32,000 nt of DNA, taken from contig NZ_CP064923.1 of assembly GCF_018336915.1 (NCBI RefSeq), positions 720,001 through 752,000 of the forward strand, given 5' to 3'. Shown piece by piece: positions 11,436-21,795 of the stretch. A program made the translations under genes and the position numbers. The number at the start of each line of letters is the position of its first letter. Positions within the stretch are counted from its first letter, which is position 1. Below the pieces are notes generated by a model that did not search any database, was not told where the DNA came from, and saw only the letters and a list, made by a program, of their open reading frames with translations. The DNA is from Acaryochloris marina S15. Lineage in GTDB: Bacteria; Cyanobacteriota; Cyanobacteriia; Thermosynechococcales; Thermosynechococcaceae.

Positions 11436-11801
11436 ATGGAAAAATTTACGATACATATTCGCGATCGCCATAGCGGAAACGACTATTCAGTCTTAGTTCC
11501 TGCCAACCATTACATCCTTGAGAGTGTAGAGCAACAAGGCCAGCGTTTACCCTTCGCTTGTCGGAATGGAGCTTGTACAACCTGTGCAGTGAGAGTCATC
11601 TCTGGTGATATCTATCAGCCGGAAGCCATGGGGCTGTCTCTAGAACTGCAAAAGCAAGGCTATGCCTTACTATGTGTGAGCTATCCCCAAAGTGATTTAG
11701 TGGTAGAAACCCAGGACGAAGACGAAGTGTATGAACTACAGTTCGGTCAGTATTTTGGTAAAGGTAAGGTCCGTGCTGGCTTGCCCTTAGATGAAGAATA
11801 A
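11436..11801 (+). CDS. Plant-type [2Fe-2S] ferredoxin-like protein (121 aa, C-terminal extension)
   Basis: Ligand spacing C-x4-C-x2-C...C is present in CRNGACTTCAVRV ... ALLCVSYP. Confidence 0.9.
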   Translation: MEKFTIHIRDRHSGNDYSVLVPANHYILESVEQQGQRLPFACRNGACTTCAVRVISGDIYQPEAMGLSLELQKQGYALLCVSYPQSDLVVETQDEDEVYELQFGQYFGKGKVRAGLPLDEE

Positions 11802-12638
11802 ATGATGCCGACAACCGACTTAAACGTCTATCTAGATATTGCGACTGAAGCAGCTTTAGCAGGTGGTGGTGTCCTACAGCAATTTTGGGGCAAGTTAGAA
11901 AATATTCAAGAAAAGCGACCGGGGGATTTGGTAACAGAGGCTGACCAAGCGGCTGAGAAAGCTGTTTTAGAAGTGATTGGCCGCCATTTTCCAGACCATC
12001 AAATCCTTGCAGAAGAGTCGGGGCAACAAGGAAATCAGGACAGTGATTATTTATGGGCGATCGATCCGTTAGATGGCACCACCAACTATGCCCACCAATA
12101 TCCATTCGCCGCGACGTCCATTGCTTTAATTGTTCAGGGTGTTCCCACTGTGGGTGTGGTGTATGATCCCTTCCATCGGGAGTTGTTTCGAGCTGCAACG
12201 GGTTTAGGAGCGACTCGTAATCGTCAACCCATCCAAGTCTCTCCTACGCAAACCTTGGCTAGTAGCCTATTGGTCACAGGGTTTGCCTATGACCGTCGAG
12301 AAACGAATGATAATAACTATGCAGAATTTTGCCACTTAACTCATCTCACCCAGGGTGTTCGTCGGGGTGGTTCAGCCTCTATTGATTTGGCCTATGTTGC
12401 CTGCGGTCGGTTAGATGGATATTGGGAACGGGGTTTGTCTCCTTGGGATATTGCAGCGGGTATTGTCCTGGTGCAGGAAGCGGGCGGTACCGTCACTGCC
12501 TATGACCAAAGTCCTCAACAATTAGCCTCAGGGCGTTTACTGGCCACCAATGGTCATATTCACGCTGCCCTCAGTCACGAACTTTTAAAAATTCAACCAT
12601 TGGATTGGTCTCCCCCAACAATCCCTGCTTCTAGATAA
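11802..12638 (+). CDS. Inositol-monophosphatase-family phosphatase
   Basis: 278 aa. IMPase signatures WAIDPLDGTTNY and GGSASIDLAYVACGRLDGYWE. The start ATG directly abuts the ferredoxin stop (TAAATG). Confidence 0.9.
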   Translation: MMPTTDLNVYLDIATEAALAGGGVLQQFWGKLENIQEKRPGDLVTEADQAAEKAVLEVIGRHFPDHQILAEESGQQGNQDSDYLWAIDPLDGTTNYAHQYPFAATSIALIVQGVPTVGVVYDPFHRELFRAATGLGATRNRQPIQVSPTQTLASSLLVTGFAYDRRETNDNNYAEFCHLTHLTQGVRRGGSASIDLAYVACGRLDGYWERGLSPWDIAAGIVLVQEAGGTVTAYDQSPQQLASGRLLATNGHIHAALSHELLKIQPLDWSPPTIPASR

Positions 12639-12733
12639 AATTTTCTATGTTGAATTAAGGTGCTGGATTGTCCCGAACCGACTAGACTAGCACTAGGGGA
12701 TTACCTAACACACTCAACTTCGGAAGCACTTAC

Positions 12734-13681
12734 ATGTCATTTGAGATGAAGCATGGTCTTGCTATTTTCGATTGTCCGGATCACTATGCCAGCTTGGGTC
12801 TGAGCATTGGCGCATCTAAAGGTGAGATTCGCAAGCGCTACTTCAAAATTGCTCGCAGCTTGCATCCTGATAGCTGTCCAGCTGAAATGGATAAAGCACA
12901 AGCGAGTCGCATGCTCTCAAAGTTAGTGAATCCTGCTTATGAAGTCCTCTCCCAAGACAAAGACTTTGAAGAATATAAGGTGTTACTCCGATTAGTCGGG
13001 CAGCGGGCTAATCGTGAAGTGAATCCCAGTTCGATGCAAACACCGGGTGCCCAGGAACTATTAACTGCCAATTCTTTTGAGGAACATTACCAAGAACAGG
13101 TCAAACACTTAGCCCAAAACCAATTTGAGACTTTGGAGGGGATATTAGCGGTTGTTAGCCAACTCAGTGAGCTTAACCTAGCCTATTTAATTCGGCGGGA
13201 AGGGACCCAGCAATCAGGAGCTGCTCCCATGCAGGCTAGAGCGGCTCAGGCACAGCCGAAAGCGGCGGCAACACCAGAAACATCTGTGTCTGCTTCGCCT
13301 GCAGAGCAGCAATCTCCTCCCCAAGAAGCGGCGACCTCACAGTTTGTTAATGACTATTGCCGACGGGCGGAAGAACTGATTCAGAAAAACCGTTTGAATG
13401 ACGCTATTGTAGAGCTGCGAGATGCTCTCAAACTTGAACCCAAAAACAGTCGCTGTCATACTTTAATGGGTTCTATCTACCTCCAGAAAAAATCTCTCAA
13501 AATGGCCAAAGTGCATTTTACCCAAGCTTTAAATAGTGATCCGCAGAATGCTGAAGCCATCAAAGGAAAGCAAAAATTGGAGAAGCTAGAAAAGAAATTG
13601 CAGCCCGCTACAACAAAACAGGCAGCTAAGCAGCCAGAGCGTAAGAAGGGGTTGTTTGGTTTGTTCGGTGGTAAGAAATAG
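12734..13681 (+). CDS. J-domain (DnaJ-like) protein with C-terminal TPR-like region
   Basis: J-domain with an HPD tripeptide (YFKIARSLHPD). An A/P/Q-rich linker follows. The TPR-like region is DAIVELRDALKLEPKNSRCHTLMGSIYLQKKSLKMAKVHFTQALNSDPQNAEA. Confidence 0.85.
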   Translation: MSFEMKHGLAIFDCPDHYASLGLSIGASKGEIRKRYFKIARSLHPDSCPAEMDKAQASRMLSKLVNPAYEVLSQDKDFEEYKVLLRLVGQRANREVNPSSMQTPGAQELLTANSFEEHYQEQVKHLAQNQFETLEGILAVVSQLSELNLAYLIRREGTQQSGAAPMQARAAQAQPKAAATPETSVSASPAEQQSPPQEAATSQFVNDYCRRAEELIQKNRLNDAIVELRDALKLEPKNSRCHTLMGSIYLQKKSLKMAKVHFTQALNSDPQNAEAIKGKQKLEKLEKKLQPATTKQAAKQPERKKGLFGLFGGKK

Positions 13682-13690
13682 TTGGTGACC

Positions 13691-14899
13691 ATGTATCAAC
13701 CTCCTGCGGGTGCCCGAGACCTACTGCCCTTAGATGTGGCTCAAAAATGTTGGATTGAGCAGCGTCTGCTGCAAGTATTCCAGCGTTGGGGATATCACCG
13801 CATTATTACTCCTACTTTAGAGCGGCTAGATACCTTGTTAGCTGGGGGAGCAGTGGACCCCCAAACTGTGATCCAAGTTTGGGATGCTGAAGAAGGGGTC
13901 TTAGGGCTTAGGCCCGAGTTAACGGCCTCCATTGCTCGTGCCGCTGTGACTCGAATGGAAGGGGAGACTCATCCTCAGCGACTCTATTACAACGACAATA
14001 TTTTTCGGCAACAGCCAGGTCATGCGAGTAGTCAGCATGAGTTTTACCAAGCAGGAGTAGAGCTACTGGGGAGTAGCGGGTTATTGGCAGATGCTGAGAT
14101 TCTTCTGCTCTTCGCTGATTGCCTCACAGAACTAGGTGTTCAGAACTGGCATGTCCTTTTGGGGGAAGCAGATTTAACCCGATCCCTGCTTCGTCCTTTT
14201 CCTGAAGCTGTGCGGGGAGATGTGCGCCGAGCCATTGCCCAACTCGATCGAGTGGGCCTGGCTAATTTACCCCTGAGTTCAGAACTCAAAGAACATGCTC
14301 TGTTTTTACTGGATTTACGGGGTGAACCGGCTCAGGTGCTGCAAAAGGTGTCCCAGTTACCCCTTGAACCACCCCAGCATGAGGCGGTCACCAACCTCAA
14401 GTCGTTGGTAGAAGTATTGTCGAAGCAACCCTCACTGACCTTAGATCTGAGTCTTATTCAGACCTTTGATTACTACACGGGTATCGTGTTTGAAATCATC
14501 AGTGATGCAGAATCGGGCCAACGTTTACTAGGGCAGGGTGGACGATACGATACGCTACTGGGCTTATACCATCCGCAGAATGAAATGCTCCCTGGGATTG
14601 GTTTTTCTTTTAATGTGGAACATTTGCATCAGGTATTATTGACCCTTGGCAAGTTGCCTAAGCAGACCCCTGCGTCACATTGGCTGGTGGTGGCAGAAAC
14701 AGAATCTGCGATCGCAGCCGCGTTTGACCATGCCCATCAGCTGCGTCAGCAAAACGCCCAGCCTCCCCTCACCAGAGTTGAAGTGGAGCTGTCCCAAAAG
14801 TCTCCCGATGACATTCGAACCACTGCTCGTCAACAGCGAATTGGGCAAATTGCTTGGGTCAATGCCCAAGGGTCTGTCACAATTGAATCGCTAGCGTAA
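13691..14899 (+). CDS. hisZ: ATP phosphoribosyltransferase regulatory subunit HisZ
   Basis: HisRS-like catalytic-core paralogue with [21 protein letters not shown] and GQGGRYD. It sits directly upstream of a short-form hisG. ATG 13691 is preferred over TTG 13682. Confidence 0.88.
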   Translation: MYQPPAGARDLLPLDVAQKCWIEQRLLQVFQRWGYHRIITPTLERLDTLLAGGAVDPQTVIQVWDAEEGVLGLRPELTASIARAAVTRMEGETHPQRLYYNDNIFRQQPGHASSQHEFYQAGVELLGSSGLLADAEILLLFADCLTELGVQNWHVLLGEADLTRSLLRPFPEAVRGDVRRAIAQLDRVGLANLPLSSELKEHALFLLDLRGEPAQVLQKVSQLPLEPPQHEAVTNLKSLVEVLSKQPSLTLDLSLIQTFDYYTGIVFEIISDAESGQRLLGQGGRYDTLLGLYHPQNEMLPGIGFSFNVEHLHQVLLTLGKLPKQTPASHWLVVAETESAIAAAFDHAHQLRQQNAQPPLTRVEVELSQKSPDDIRTTARQQRIGQIAWVNAQGSVTIESLA

Positions 14900-14945
14900 T
14901 TCCCTTAAAAATTGCGATAGTCGTTATTCCATCGAGATTTATTTC

Positions 14946-15602
14946 ATGCTCACGGTTGCCTTACCTAAAGGAGCGTTACTGAAAGATAGTATTCGCCTCC
15001 TCAAATCTGTTGGTTTGGATTTCAGTGCCTTCTTGGATTCTGGGAATCGCCAACTGCAAATTCAGGACCCAACGCAAACGGCTCAAGGGTTATTGGTCAG
15101 GGCCCAAGATGTCCCTGTGTACGTAGAGTATGGACAGGCTCAAATCGGAATTGTCGGATTTGATGTCTTACAAGAAAAGAAACCCCAGGTTGCTCAGTTT
15201 GCAGACCTAGGATTTGGTCATTGCCGGATGTCCGTGGCCGTCCCCAGCCAAAGCTCCTACCGTTCAGCGATGGAACTCCCCCCGAATTGTCGGGTGGCGT
15301 CCAAATTTGTCCACTGTGCCCATGACTTTTTCAGCCAGATCGATTTGCCCGTGGAAATTATTCCGCTCTATGGTTCTGTAGAATTGGGGCCGATTACAGG
15401 GATGTCTGAAGCGATTGTTGATCTCGTGTCTACCGGACGAACCTTGAAAGAGAATGGGTTGATTGAGCTGGACTGTTTGTATGAAAGTACGGCCCGTCTG
15501 ATTGCCCATCCCTTGAGCTATCGGCTCAATCAGTATAATCTCCAGCATTGGCTAGATGAGATCACTAAAACCAGCCAGCCCCTTGCGGCTAGCGCTTCCT
15601 AG
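14946..15602 (+). CDS. hisG: ATP phosphoribosyltransferase, short form
   Basis: 218 aa. [26 protein letters not shown] and [14 protein letters not shown]. It lacks the C-terminal regulatory domain, which is consistent with a HisZ partner. Confidence 0.93.
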   Translation: MLTVALPKGALLKDSIRLLKSVGLDFSAFLDSGNRQLQIQDPTQTAQGLLVRAQDVPVYVEYGQAQIGIVGFDVLQEKKPQVAQFADLGFGHCRMSVAVPSQSSYRSAMELPPNCRVASKFVHCAHDFFSQIDLPVEIIPLYGSVELGPITGMSEAIVDLVSTGRTLKENGLIELDCLYESTARLIAHPLSYRLNQYNLQHWLDEITKTSQPLAASAS

Positions 15603-15619
15603 TGAATGAAGTTAACCTT

Positions 15620-16753
15620 TTAAGGAATCGCAACGGCAGGATCAAAACGATAGCTTTGTAAAATTTCTCGGAAGGTGGATCGAACTTGATCAAAGTCGGA
15701 TCGCAACACCAAAATACTGACGACAGAGATGGTATCCCCGCTTTGTTCTGTATAGGTTGCCCCCAATACTTGATCATTGCGAGTTGAGAACTCCCACCCC
15801 AACTCCACCACACCGCTGTCTTGAACTTTGGGTTGTCCTACCTTGAAACCAGTTTCTTTTCCGAAGGCATTGGTAATAAAACGACGAGATAAATTCCCCA
15901 GTTCCTCTTCGCTGAGGCGTCGGGATTTAAATAGATCGACCACAATACTGCTGTCGGTCTCGCTATCTGTCCACCGCAGGATGACTTCCCCTGCTTTACT
16001 GGTATCTTTGCGGCGCCAGGTGCGTGGGGTTTTGATCTGAAATAACCCTGATGAATGCTCGTAGGTGACCAAATCGGCCATCTTGTCACCAAAGGACTCT
16101 CCCCGTGAGCTAGGGGAGGAGTCACTGCTATCCTGATCCGAGTTGGATTTAGTAGAATCACTCTGGGAAACGGTCGGTTCTTTGCTTAAGCCCAGAAAGT
16201 TGCTGACATAGGGCCAAGCCAGTGCTCCACCCCCAATCACTAACACACCTGCAACAATCCACACCCACACCTTGGGGCCTTGATCACCAGCAGGGGGTGG
16301 AGCTTGATAGTAAGGGGTTGGGCTGGGAGACGGATAAGGGGGTGGGGCTGCCGGTGCAGGGGAGCTGACGGTGGTCGGGGGCACGCCACCGGGTTGATTG
16401 ACTTCTGTTGGAGGAATGCCGCCATCACCACTGACTCGAGCATTAAGGACAACTCGCCCTAAGGAGACGGTGCTGGCGGTCCCTAAGGGAACTTCACCAG
16501 TGGTGATGGGTTGGCCATTGACGATGGGCGGGTTGGTATCCCGAAGCGATCGCAAATAGAATACTTGGCTCCCGGCATGGTAATAAACCTCGGCCTGTAG
16601 TCCCGACACGCTGCTATCCGATAGAACGACATCGCATTTTTGAGGATCCCGACCAATCCGGACGGTGCCAGGGTTCTTGCTGGGTTGGTTTGGTTGAATT
16701 TGTTCCGAACGAGAGACGCCTCCCTCGACCCACTCCAACGTTAACTCAGTCAC
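15620..16753 (-). CDS. FHA-domain membrane protein
   Basis: N-terminal FHA-like region VRIGRDPQKCDVVLSDSSVSGLQAEVYY...FYLRSL...NPPIVNGQPI. A Pro-rich linker is followed by one TM (VWVWIVAGVLVIGGGALAWPYV), an S/D-rich stretch and a C-terminal domain of about 150 aa. Confidence 0.85.
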   Translation of the reverse strand: MTELTLEWVEGGVSRSEQIQPNQPSKNPGTVRIGRDPQKCDVVLSDSSVSGLQAEVYYHAGSQVFYLRSLRDTNPPIVNGQPITTGEVPLGTASTVSLGRVVLNARVSGDGGIPPTEVNQPGGVPPTTVSSPAPAAPPPYPSPSPTPYYQAPPPAGDQGPKVWVWIVAGVLVIGGGALAWPYVSNFLGLSKEPTVSQSDSTKSNSDQDSSDSSPSSRGESFGDKMADLVTYEHSSGLFQIKTPRTWRRKDTSKAGEVILRWTDSETDSSIVVDLFKSRRLSEEELGNLSRRFITNAFGKETGFKVGQPKVQDSGVVELGWEFSTRNDQVLGATYTEQSGDTISVVSILVLRSDFDQVRSTFREILQSYRFDPAVAIP

Positions 16754-16985
16754 GGTTAGTCCTTTTTCTACTCATTGATCGATAAAAGCCGTTACGGTAG
16801 CTTTGCCTGGGATAATAGGCTTGGCAGACGTGCTCTCAGCATACCCAAGTAGGGTGAATCGTAATCGACTATTTAGCCTACACCATTATTAAAAGAATCT
16901 AGGTGTTTGTTAGCTCTCGAAGCAATTTTGTTACCGTGCTCACAGAGCCTACTAGATACATTTTCTCTCCGCTAATTCAACAGCT

Positions 16986-17861
16986 ATGAAACTTCGCAAT
17001 ACAACCAGCACAAACTTCAATTGGAACGTCATCTTTACCGTAAGCCTGGCCAGTCTATTGGCTGCTTGTTCGCCCACCTTAAACACTGGCAAGCTGGAAG
17101 ATGAGATCCAAAAAGGGATTGAAGAGCAAACCGACATCAATGTGTCGTCAATTTCTTGTCCCAAAGACGTTGAGCTGGAAGAAGGAGATATCTTCGATTG
17201 CGATGTAGAGGCATCAGACGATACTCAATTTACCGTAACCGTTACCCAAAAAGATGATGAAGGTAATGTGACCTGGAAGCAGAATCCAGTGTCTACCGCT
17301 AGCAATGATAATGACAATACAAGTTCCAGCAATGACTCCCCCGGTGATTTGATTCCTACGGAGGATCCTCCGAGTCCTGAACCAGAGCCTACCCCCGAAG
17401 CGGTTGATCCGAATGCACCTCGTATCGATGGCAGCATTGTCGAAAGCACTATCAAAGAGCAGTTTGCGGACCAAGCTGGAATTCCGGTCCGCTCGGTAGA
17501 TTGTCCTCAAAATGTGGCGATTAAGGTCGGTAGTAAATTTAACTGTACCGTCAAGGCTGCTAATGGCAAGACCATTGAAGCCATAGCAACCCAAACCAAT
17601 GAGCAGGGTGGATTTTCTTGGAATGCTACCAGTGGTTTGATTTCCTACGATAAAGTTGAAGGCTTAATCAAAACAGGGCTACAAAACCAAGAGAGCTTAA
17701 CCGTCACCCCCAACTGTGGAACGCCTCAAACACGCTATATTATTGCCTATTCTGGAGAGAAGTTTAGCTGTTCAGCAACCGATTCTAATGGCCGCAAGAT
17801 TCCGATTAGCGTCGCGGTTCAAAGCGATGATGGTCAAGTTGTTGTCAACTGGAAGTTATAG
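16986..17861 (+). CDS. Lipoprotein with three Cys-pair repeat domains (DUF4333-like by recollection)
   Basis: Lipobox SLLAAC (Cys28). Three related modules each have two Cys: ISCPKDVELEEGDIFDCDV..., VDCPQNVAIKVGSKFNCTV..., PNCGTPQTRYIIAYSGEKFSCSA.... Each ends with ...(V/F)(T/S/N)W(K/N). Confidence 0.75.
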   Translation: MKLRNTTSTNFNWNVIFTVSLASLLAACSPTLNTGKLEDEIQKGIEEQTDINVSSISCPKDVELEEGDIFDCDVEASDDTQFTVTVTQKDDEGNVTWKQNPVSTASNDNDNTSSSNDSPGDLIPTEDPPSPEPEPTPEAVDPNAPRIDGSIVESTIKEQFADQAGIPVRSVDCPQNVAIKVGSKFNCTVKAANGKTIEAIATQTNEQGGFSWNATSGLISYDKVEGLIKTGLQNQESLTVTPNCGTPQTRYIIAYSGEKFSCSATDSNGRKIPISVAVQSDDGQVVVNWKL

Positions 17862-17900
17862 TCAGCGTCCCTAGATTAGGGATGCATTGCAAAGGCTAGA

Positions 17901-18827
17901 TTAATTTGGCTCAGCCCAGCATTGTCCAGCGAGGGATGAGCCAAACTTCTCGTCGTCGGATGCTAAGACGATGCCGCCATTCTTACCGGGTACTAGCTCT
18001 ATCGCCTCTACTTTATTGAAAGGGAATCGATAGAGCGGGGTTAGGGTAGATTTGTCTCGCTGTTGAGATGCTGCCTGGGTTTGATGAAAAGGAAAGCTTC
18101 CCATCCCATAGACAGCAGATTGAAATGGACCTTTATCACCTGGATCACTAGCAGCAGTGATGTAGAGTAATCCATCTGGCGCAATTTTTAAATCAGATAT
18201 ATGGCGCACGTTTTGCTGAGGCCATGGCACCTGAAAGGACATTGATCCATTGACCTTTATCTTGGCCTGATCAGGAAAATACTGACCCCAAAAAAGCACA
18301 GCGGGGTCGGTGTCTTGGCCTCGATGGGCCCAAACAGCAATTAACTGATCATCAATCTGTTGTAGAGCAAACCCTTCGATATTGCTTAGCTGAGCGCCTG
18401 GAGGAATTTGTGCCGTATGTAATACTTTGACAGCATTGTTTTCCAGATCCAGCTGCAGATGGTAAACCATTCCTAAGCTAGTGACCGCTAAAAATTCGGT
18501 CTGGGTGTTAGGTACGAGGGTTAACGCTTCCAGGTCAAGGGGAAGGGATGATTGGGTAGGCCATGCCAGAGACTGATAGGTGATAGAACCTTGGGAGGGA
18601 ACGCCTAGTACAGCTAGCCGAGGCTGATCTTTATCTCCCTTGTTATCGTGAACAGCCAACAACTGACACAGTTGCGCCTGCTGTTGGATCAAGGCCAGGC
18701 CACTAATTCCTTTTCGCTTTCCAGGTTGAACAGGCCGCCAGGTTGGGTTTGCAGTAGCTGTCCATCCCCATAGGCTGCTCAGCCCCATCACTAGTAGACT
18801 GGCGAATACCTTTTTCCCTTGATTCAT
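17901..18827 (-). CDS. Secreted hypothetical protein (possible beta-propeller-like)
   Basis: Signal peptide MNQGKKVFASLLVMGLSSLWGWTATA. Recurring ISGLAL / IEGFAL / VEAIEL strand-like motifs. No family assigned. Confidence 0.7.
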   Translation of the reverse strand: MNQGKKVFASLLVMGLSSLWGWTATANPTWRPVQPGKRKGISGLALIQQQAQLCQLLAVHDNKGDKDQPRLAVLGVPSQGSITYQSLAWPTQSSLPLDLEALTLVPNTQTEFLAVTSLGMVYHLQLDLENNAVKVLHTAQIPPGAQLSNIEGFALQQIDDQLIAVWAHRGQDTDPAVLFWGQYFPDQAKIKVNGSMSFQVPWPQQNVRHISDLKIAPDGLLYITAASDPGDKGPFQSAVYGMGSFPFHQTQAASQQRDKSTLTPLYRFPFNKVEAIELVPGKNGGIVLASDDEKFGSSLAGQCWAEPN

Positions 18828-18874
18828 GCTTTTGTCGCTTTTACAGCGCCTTTAGGACCATAGTCATGAGGCTA

Positions 18875-19543
18875 TTACTTGGACGTTTCGTCAGGGCTTT
18901 GTTTGGGGGCTGTAGTATCAGCAGGATCTTCTGCGGCTTCAGAGCTGGGAGTATCGGATTCAGGGGTAGGGGCACTATCAGTAGGTGCTGCGGGAGTGCC
19001 TGCCGGAGCTTCTCCTCCTGGGAATTGTCCGCCCATAAATCCTCCCAAGAGAGAGCCGGACTTCATCAGTTTCTGAACGGCAGCTAAGTCTATTTTTAGG
19101 GTTTGGGTTGGATAGGCCTCTAGAAAACTCAGAATTCCTAATCCCTCTTTTGAGGAGGCGGCACCAATCAGAGCACTTCTAAGAGCCAGTTTCTCAACTC
19201 CACCGGGAAGAGAGGTTGCCCCGGCAATTTGGGAGAGCAGTTGATCGCCTTGGGGAGAGCGCAAGATCTTATCCAGTACCACTACATCTAAAGGCACTTT
19301 AAACTTGAGGCCACCTAATAAAGAAGCCTGTTCCTGTTGACCCACAACACTCAACACAGAGGCAAGATCAGGAGGAGCACTCCCAGTCTCCAATAATTGA
19401 CGGAGGTCGGAGACGGCGATGGATCGGCCAAAAGGACCATAGCTGACCGTAATTTTTTCGGCTGCACGACTGGCAGCACAATTCACCCCTACTAGCATCA
19501 AAGCGCTAGAGAAGGCACAGAGTAAACGGCGAGAATAACTCAT
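18875..19543 (-). CDS. Secreted protein, DUF1400-like N-terminal region with acidic P/A/T/E-rich tail
   Basis: The internal Met at 19543 gives a signal peptide MSYSRRLLCAFSSALMLVGVNCAASRA. ITVSYGPFGRSIAVSDLRQLLETG matches my recollection of DUF1400. The longer ORF from 19636 adds 31 non-signal residues and overlaps the upstream gene stop by 4 nt. Confidence 0.65.
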   Translation of the reverse strand: MSYSRRLLCAFSSALMLVGVNCAASRAAEKITVSYGPFGRSIAVSDLRQLLETGSAPPDLASVLSVVGQQEQASLLGGLKFKVPLDVVVLDKILRSPQGDQLLSQIAGATSLPGGVEKLALRSALIGAASSKEGLGILSFLEAYPTQTLKIDLAAVQKLMKSGSLLGGFMGGQFPGGEAPAGTPAAPTDSAPTPESDTPSSEAAEDPADTTAPKQSPDETSK

Positions 19544-19632
19544 AAAGGCTGATTTCCTTTGATGGGAGAGGAGTATATCTAAATCAAGTCGTTCAGTCGA
19601 TGGATTCATCCAGGACTGCCCTTTCTGCATGG

Positions 19633-20802
19633 TCAAGTATGCAGGAAGGAATCGATTCGGTCAACGGCTGTGATCAGCGTGTCAGGATCTTGGACTAAGG
19701 CAAAGCGCACATACCCTTCGCCGGCTGGACCAAAGCCCGCTCCTGGTGACGCGGCGACCCCCGTTTGCAGAACTAACTGCTTACAGAATTCGACTGATTG
19801 CTGCTGCCAAGGTTCCGGTAAAGGTGCCCAAATGTACATAGTGACAGTGGGGTTGGGAACGACCCAACCCATCTTGCCCAATGCGTTGACGAAAACATCT
19901 CGACGCTGTTGAAAGATAGCCAAGGTCTTTTGCAGATCAGAATCACCGGTGTTTAAGGCTGTAATGGCACCATTTAATATGCCCTGATATTGGTTGAAAT
20001 CAACAATGGCTTTAATTTTGCGCAAGCTCGTAATAAGGTCAGCATTGCCCACGGCAAACCCAATGCGGAATCCGCCCATATTGTAAGACTTGGAAAAGGT
20101 GAAAAACTCTATAGAACAACGCCGATCAAGATCTGCTTGGAGGATCGACGGCATCTTTTGATCCGAGAAGACAAAGTCAACGTAGGGAAAGTCGTGAACC
20201 AGCACTAAGTCATGGCCTTGGCAAAATTGGACGGCCTCTTGGAAGAAAGACAGAGGTGCGATCGCAGTGGTGGGATTGTGAGGATAACTCAAGACCATCA
20301 TCCGCGCTTTCTGCAGCACCTTAGCTGGAATCTCGCTAAAAACTGGAAGAAACTGATTTTCAGCTAGCAGAGGCATACCATATATTTCCCCTCCTGCTAA
20401 ATAGACACCGCCTGAGTGAGAGGGATAGCCCGGATCTTGTAATAGGGCAATATCGCCGGGATTGAGGATGGCTAGGGGTAAATGAGCCGTCCCTTCTTGG
20501 GACCCAATTAAGGGCAATACTTCAGTCTCAGGATCGATGGATAGTCCAAATCGCTGCTCGTACCAGGCTGCGACCGCTTCTCGAAAGGAGCGAGTGCCAT
20601 GAAAGAGCAGATATCCATGGGTAGAAGGATCCTGTAAAGATTGGCTAATCGTCTCCAAAATCGGCGCAGCGACAGGCAAGTCTGAAGACCCTAATGACAA
20701 ATCAATCAAAGATTGACCTGCATCAAGGGCTTGGCGCTTGGCCTGATCCATGTCCGCAAAGACATTGGCTTGGAATCGTTGAATGCGATCGGCAAATTTC
20801 AT
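19633..20802 (-). CDS. Class I/II PLP-dependent aminotransferase
   Basis: 389 aa. PLP-lysine motif FSKSYNMGGFRIGF, plus LSYPHNPT. Substrate specificity is not assignable from the sequence alone. Confidence 0.9.
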   Translation of the reverse strand: MKFADRIQRFQANVFADMDQAKRQALDAGQSLIDLSLGSSDLPVAAPILETISQSLQDPSTHGYLLFHGTRSFREAVAAWYEQRFGLSIDPETEVLPLIGSQEGTAHLPLAILNPGDIALLQDPGYPSHSGGVYLAGGEIYGMPLLAENQFLPVFSEIPAKVLQKARMMVLSYPHNPTTAIAPLSFFQEAVQFCQGHDLVLVHDFPYVDFVFSDQKMPSILQADLDRRCSIEFFTFSKSYNMGGFRIGFAVGNADLITSLRKIKAIVDFNQYQGILNGAITALNTGDSDLQKTLAIFQQRRDVFVNALGKMGWVVPNPTVTMYIWAPLPEPWQQQSVEFCKQLVLQTGVAASPGAGFGPAGEGYVRFALVQDPDTLITAVDRIDSFLHT

Positions 20803-21000
20803 CCGCTAAAACATTGCAGATCTAAGACAACCTTAGATCTGCCCAGAATGGGGTTAACTGATGACTGGCTTCTGGTGTGATCGGTTAGTAGGTGAAGCAA
20901 GCTCTCTAATCCAGTCGATTACGAGAACCTAAGCACCCACTAGAAGCCGTTCGTCATTCGCTCAGTCTATTGAGTATCAGCCCAGTCTACAAGCCCTGAT

Positions 21001-21795
21001 TTAAATTTGATCCAACTTGTTGCGTAGCTCTTCTAGTTCTGAATCCACTGGTGTTTGCTGTTGAGGGGTATCCACTGGCTCAGTTGTGGCAGCAGGCAAG
21101 GCTTCTGGTGCAGCAGGCGTCCCTTCTAAAGCAGGAGGCTCGGCGAGTTGAGCCTTCAACATCGCCAATTCGGAATCCACATCGCTACCCGCTTCTAAAC
21201 TGGCAAACTGACTATCTAAGGTATCTCCTGCTAGTTCAGCAATAGCATCAGACTGGGCTTCCATTTCCATGACTTTCTCTTCCATACGCTCGAAAGCACC
21301 AATCGCTCCCGATGTATCGACTCTACCCATGGCTTTGTTGATCTGCTCACTCGCTTTGGCCGCACGGGCACGAGCTTTGAGCATCTCTTTCTTGGTTTTT
21401 GCTTCAGCAATCTTACTTTCTAAAGCAGTCATGTTTCGCTTCAGGGTCCCCACTTGATTGGTGGATTGATCAAGCTGGGATTTGAGGCTATTGGCCGTGT
21501 CTGTAAAGGATTGCTTGCGAGATAGAGCTTCGCGAGCTAAATTCTCATCGCCTTTTTGGAGTGCAAGCTGGGCACGACGATACCATTCGGAAGACTGAGT
21601 TTGGGCCTGATTATATTGCTGTTCAACCCGCTTTTGGGCTGCGATGGACTGGGCAACAGCTTGGCGCAATTGCACTAAGTCTTCTCGCATATCCTCAACG
21701 GTTTGTTCCAGAATTTTTTCTGGATCTTCGGCAGAGCTGACAACTGCATTGAGGTTTGAACGAACAACCCGACTAACGCGGTCAAATAATCCCAT
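21001..21795 (-). CDS. vipp1: Vipp1 / IM30 (PspA family, with C-terminal extension)
   Basis: 264 aa. MGLFDRVSRVVRSNLNAVVSSAEDPEKILEQTVEDMREDLVQLRQAVAQ, and a long C-terminal tail ending SELEELRNKLDQI that is typical of Vipp1 rather than PspA. Confidence 0.92.
   Translation of the reverse strand: MGLFDRVSRVVRSNLNAVVSSAEDPEKILEQTVEDMREDLVQLRQAVAQSIAAQKRVEQQYNQAQTQSSEWYRRAQLALQKGDENLAREALSRKQSFTDTANSLKSQLDQSTNQVGTLKRNMTALESKIAEAKTKKEMLKARARAAKASEQINKAMGRVDTSGAIGAFERMEEKVMEMEAQSDAIAELAGDTLDSQFASLEAGSDVDSELAMLKAQLAEPPALEGTPAAPEALPAATTEPVDTPQQQTPVDSELEELRNKLDQI

Noticed and set aside
11596-12198. 200-aa minus-strand ORF spanning the ferredoxin/IMPase junction
   Set aside because: It lies opposite two CDSs with clear family signatures. 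Its translation is His/Pro/Gln/Leu-rich with no motifs, so it is most likely a shadow ORF. The same reasoning applies to the other short antisense ORFs in the track at 8190, 9262, 9614, 10476, 13477, 14646, 15264, 15838, 16240, 17214, 18866, 19670, 21051 and 24774.
18875-19636. Using the longest ORF (start 19636) for the DUF1400-like protein
   Set aside because: The first 31 residues are hydrophilic and precede an obvious signal peptide that begins at the Met encoded at 19543. The long form would also overlap the aminotransferase stop. I annotated the shorter form, but the start remains unverified.
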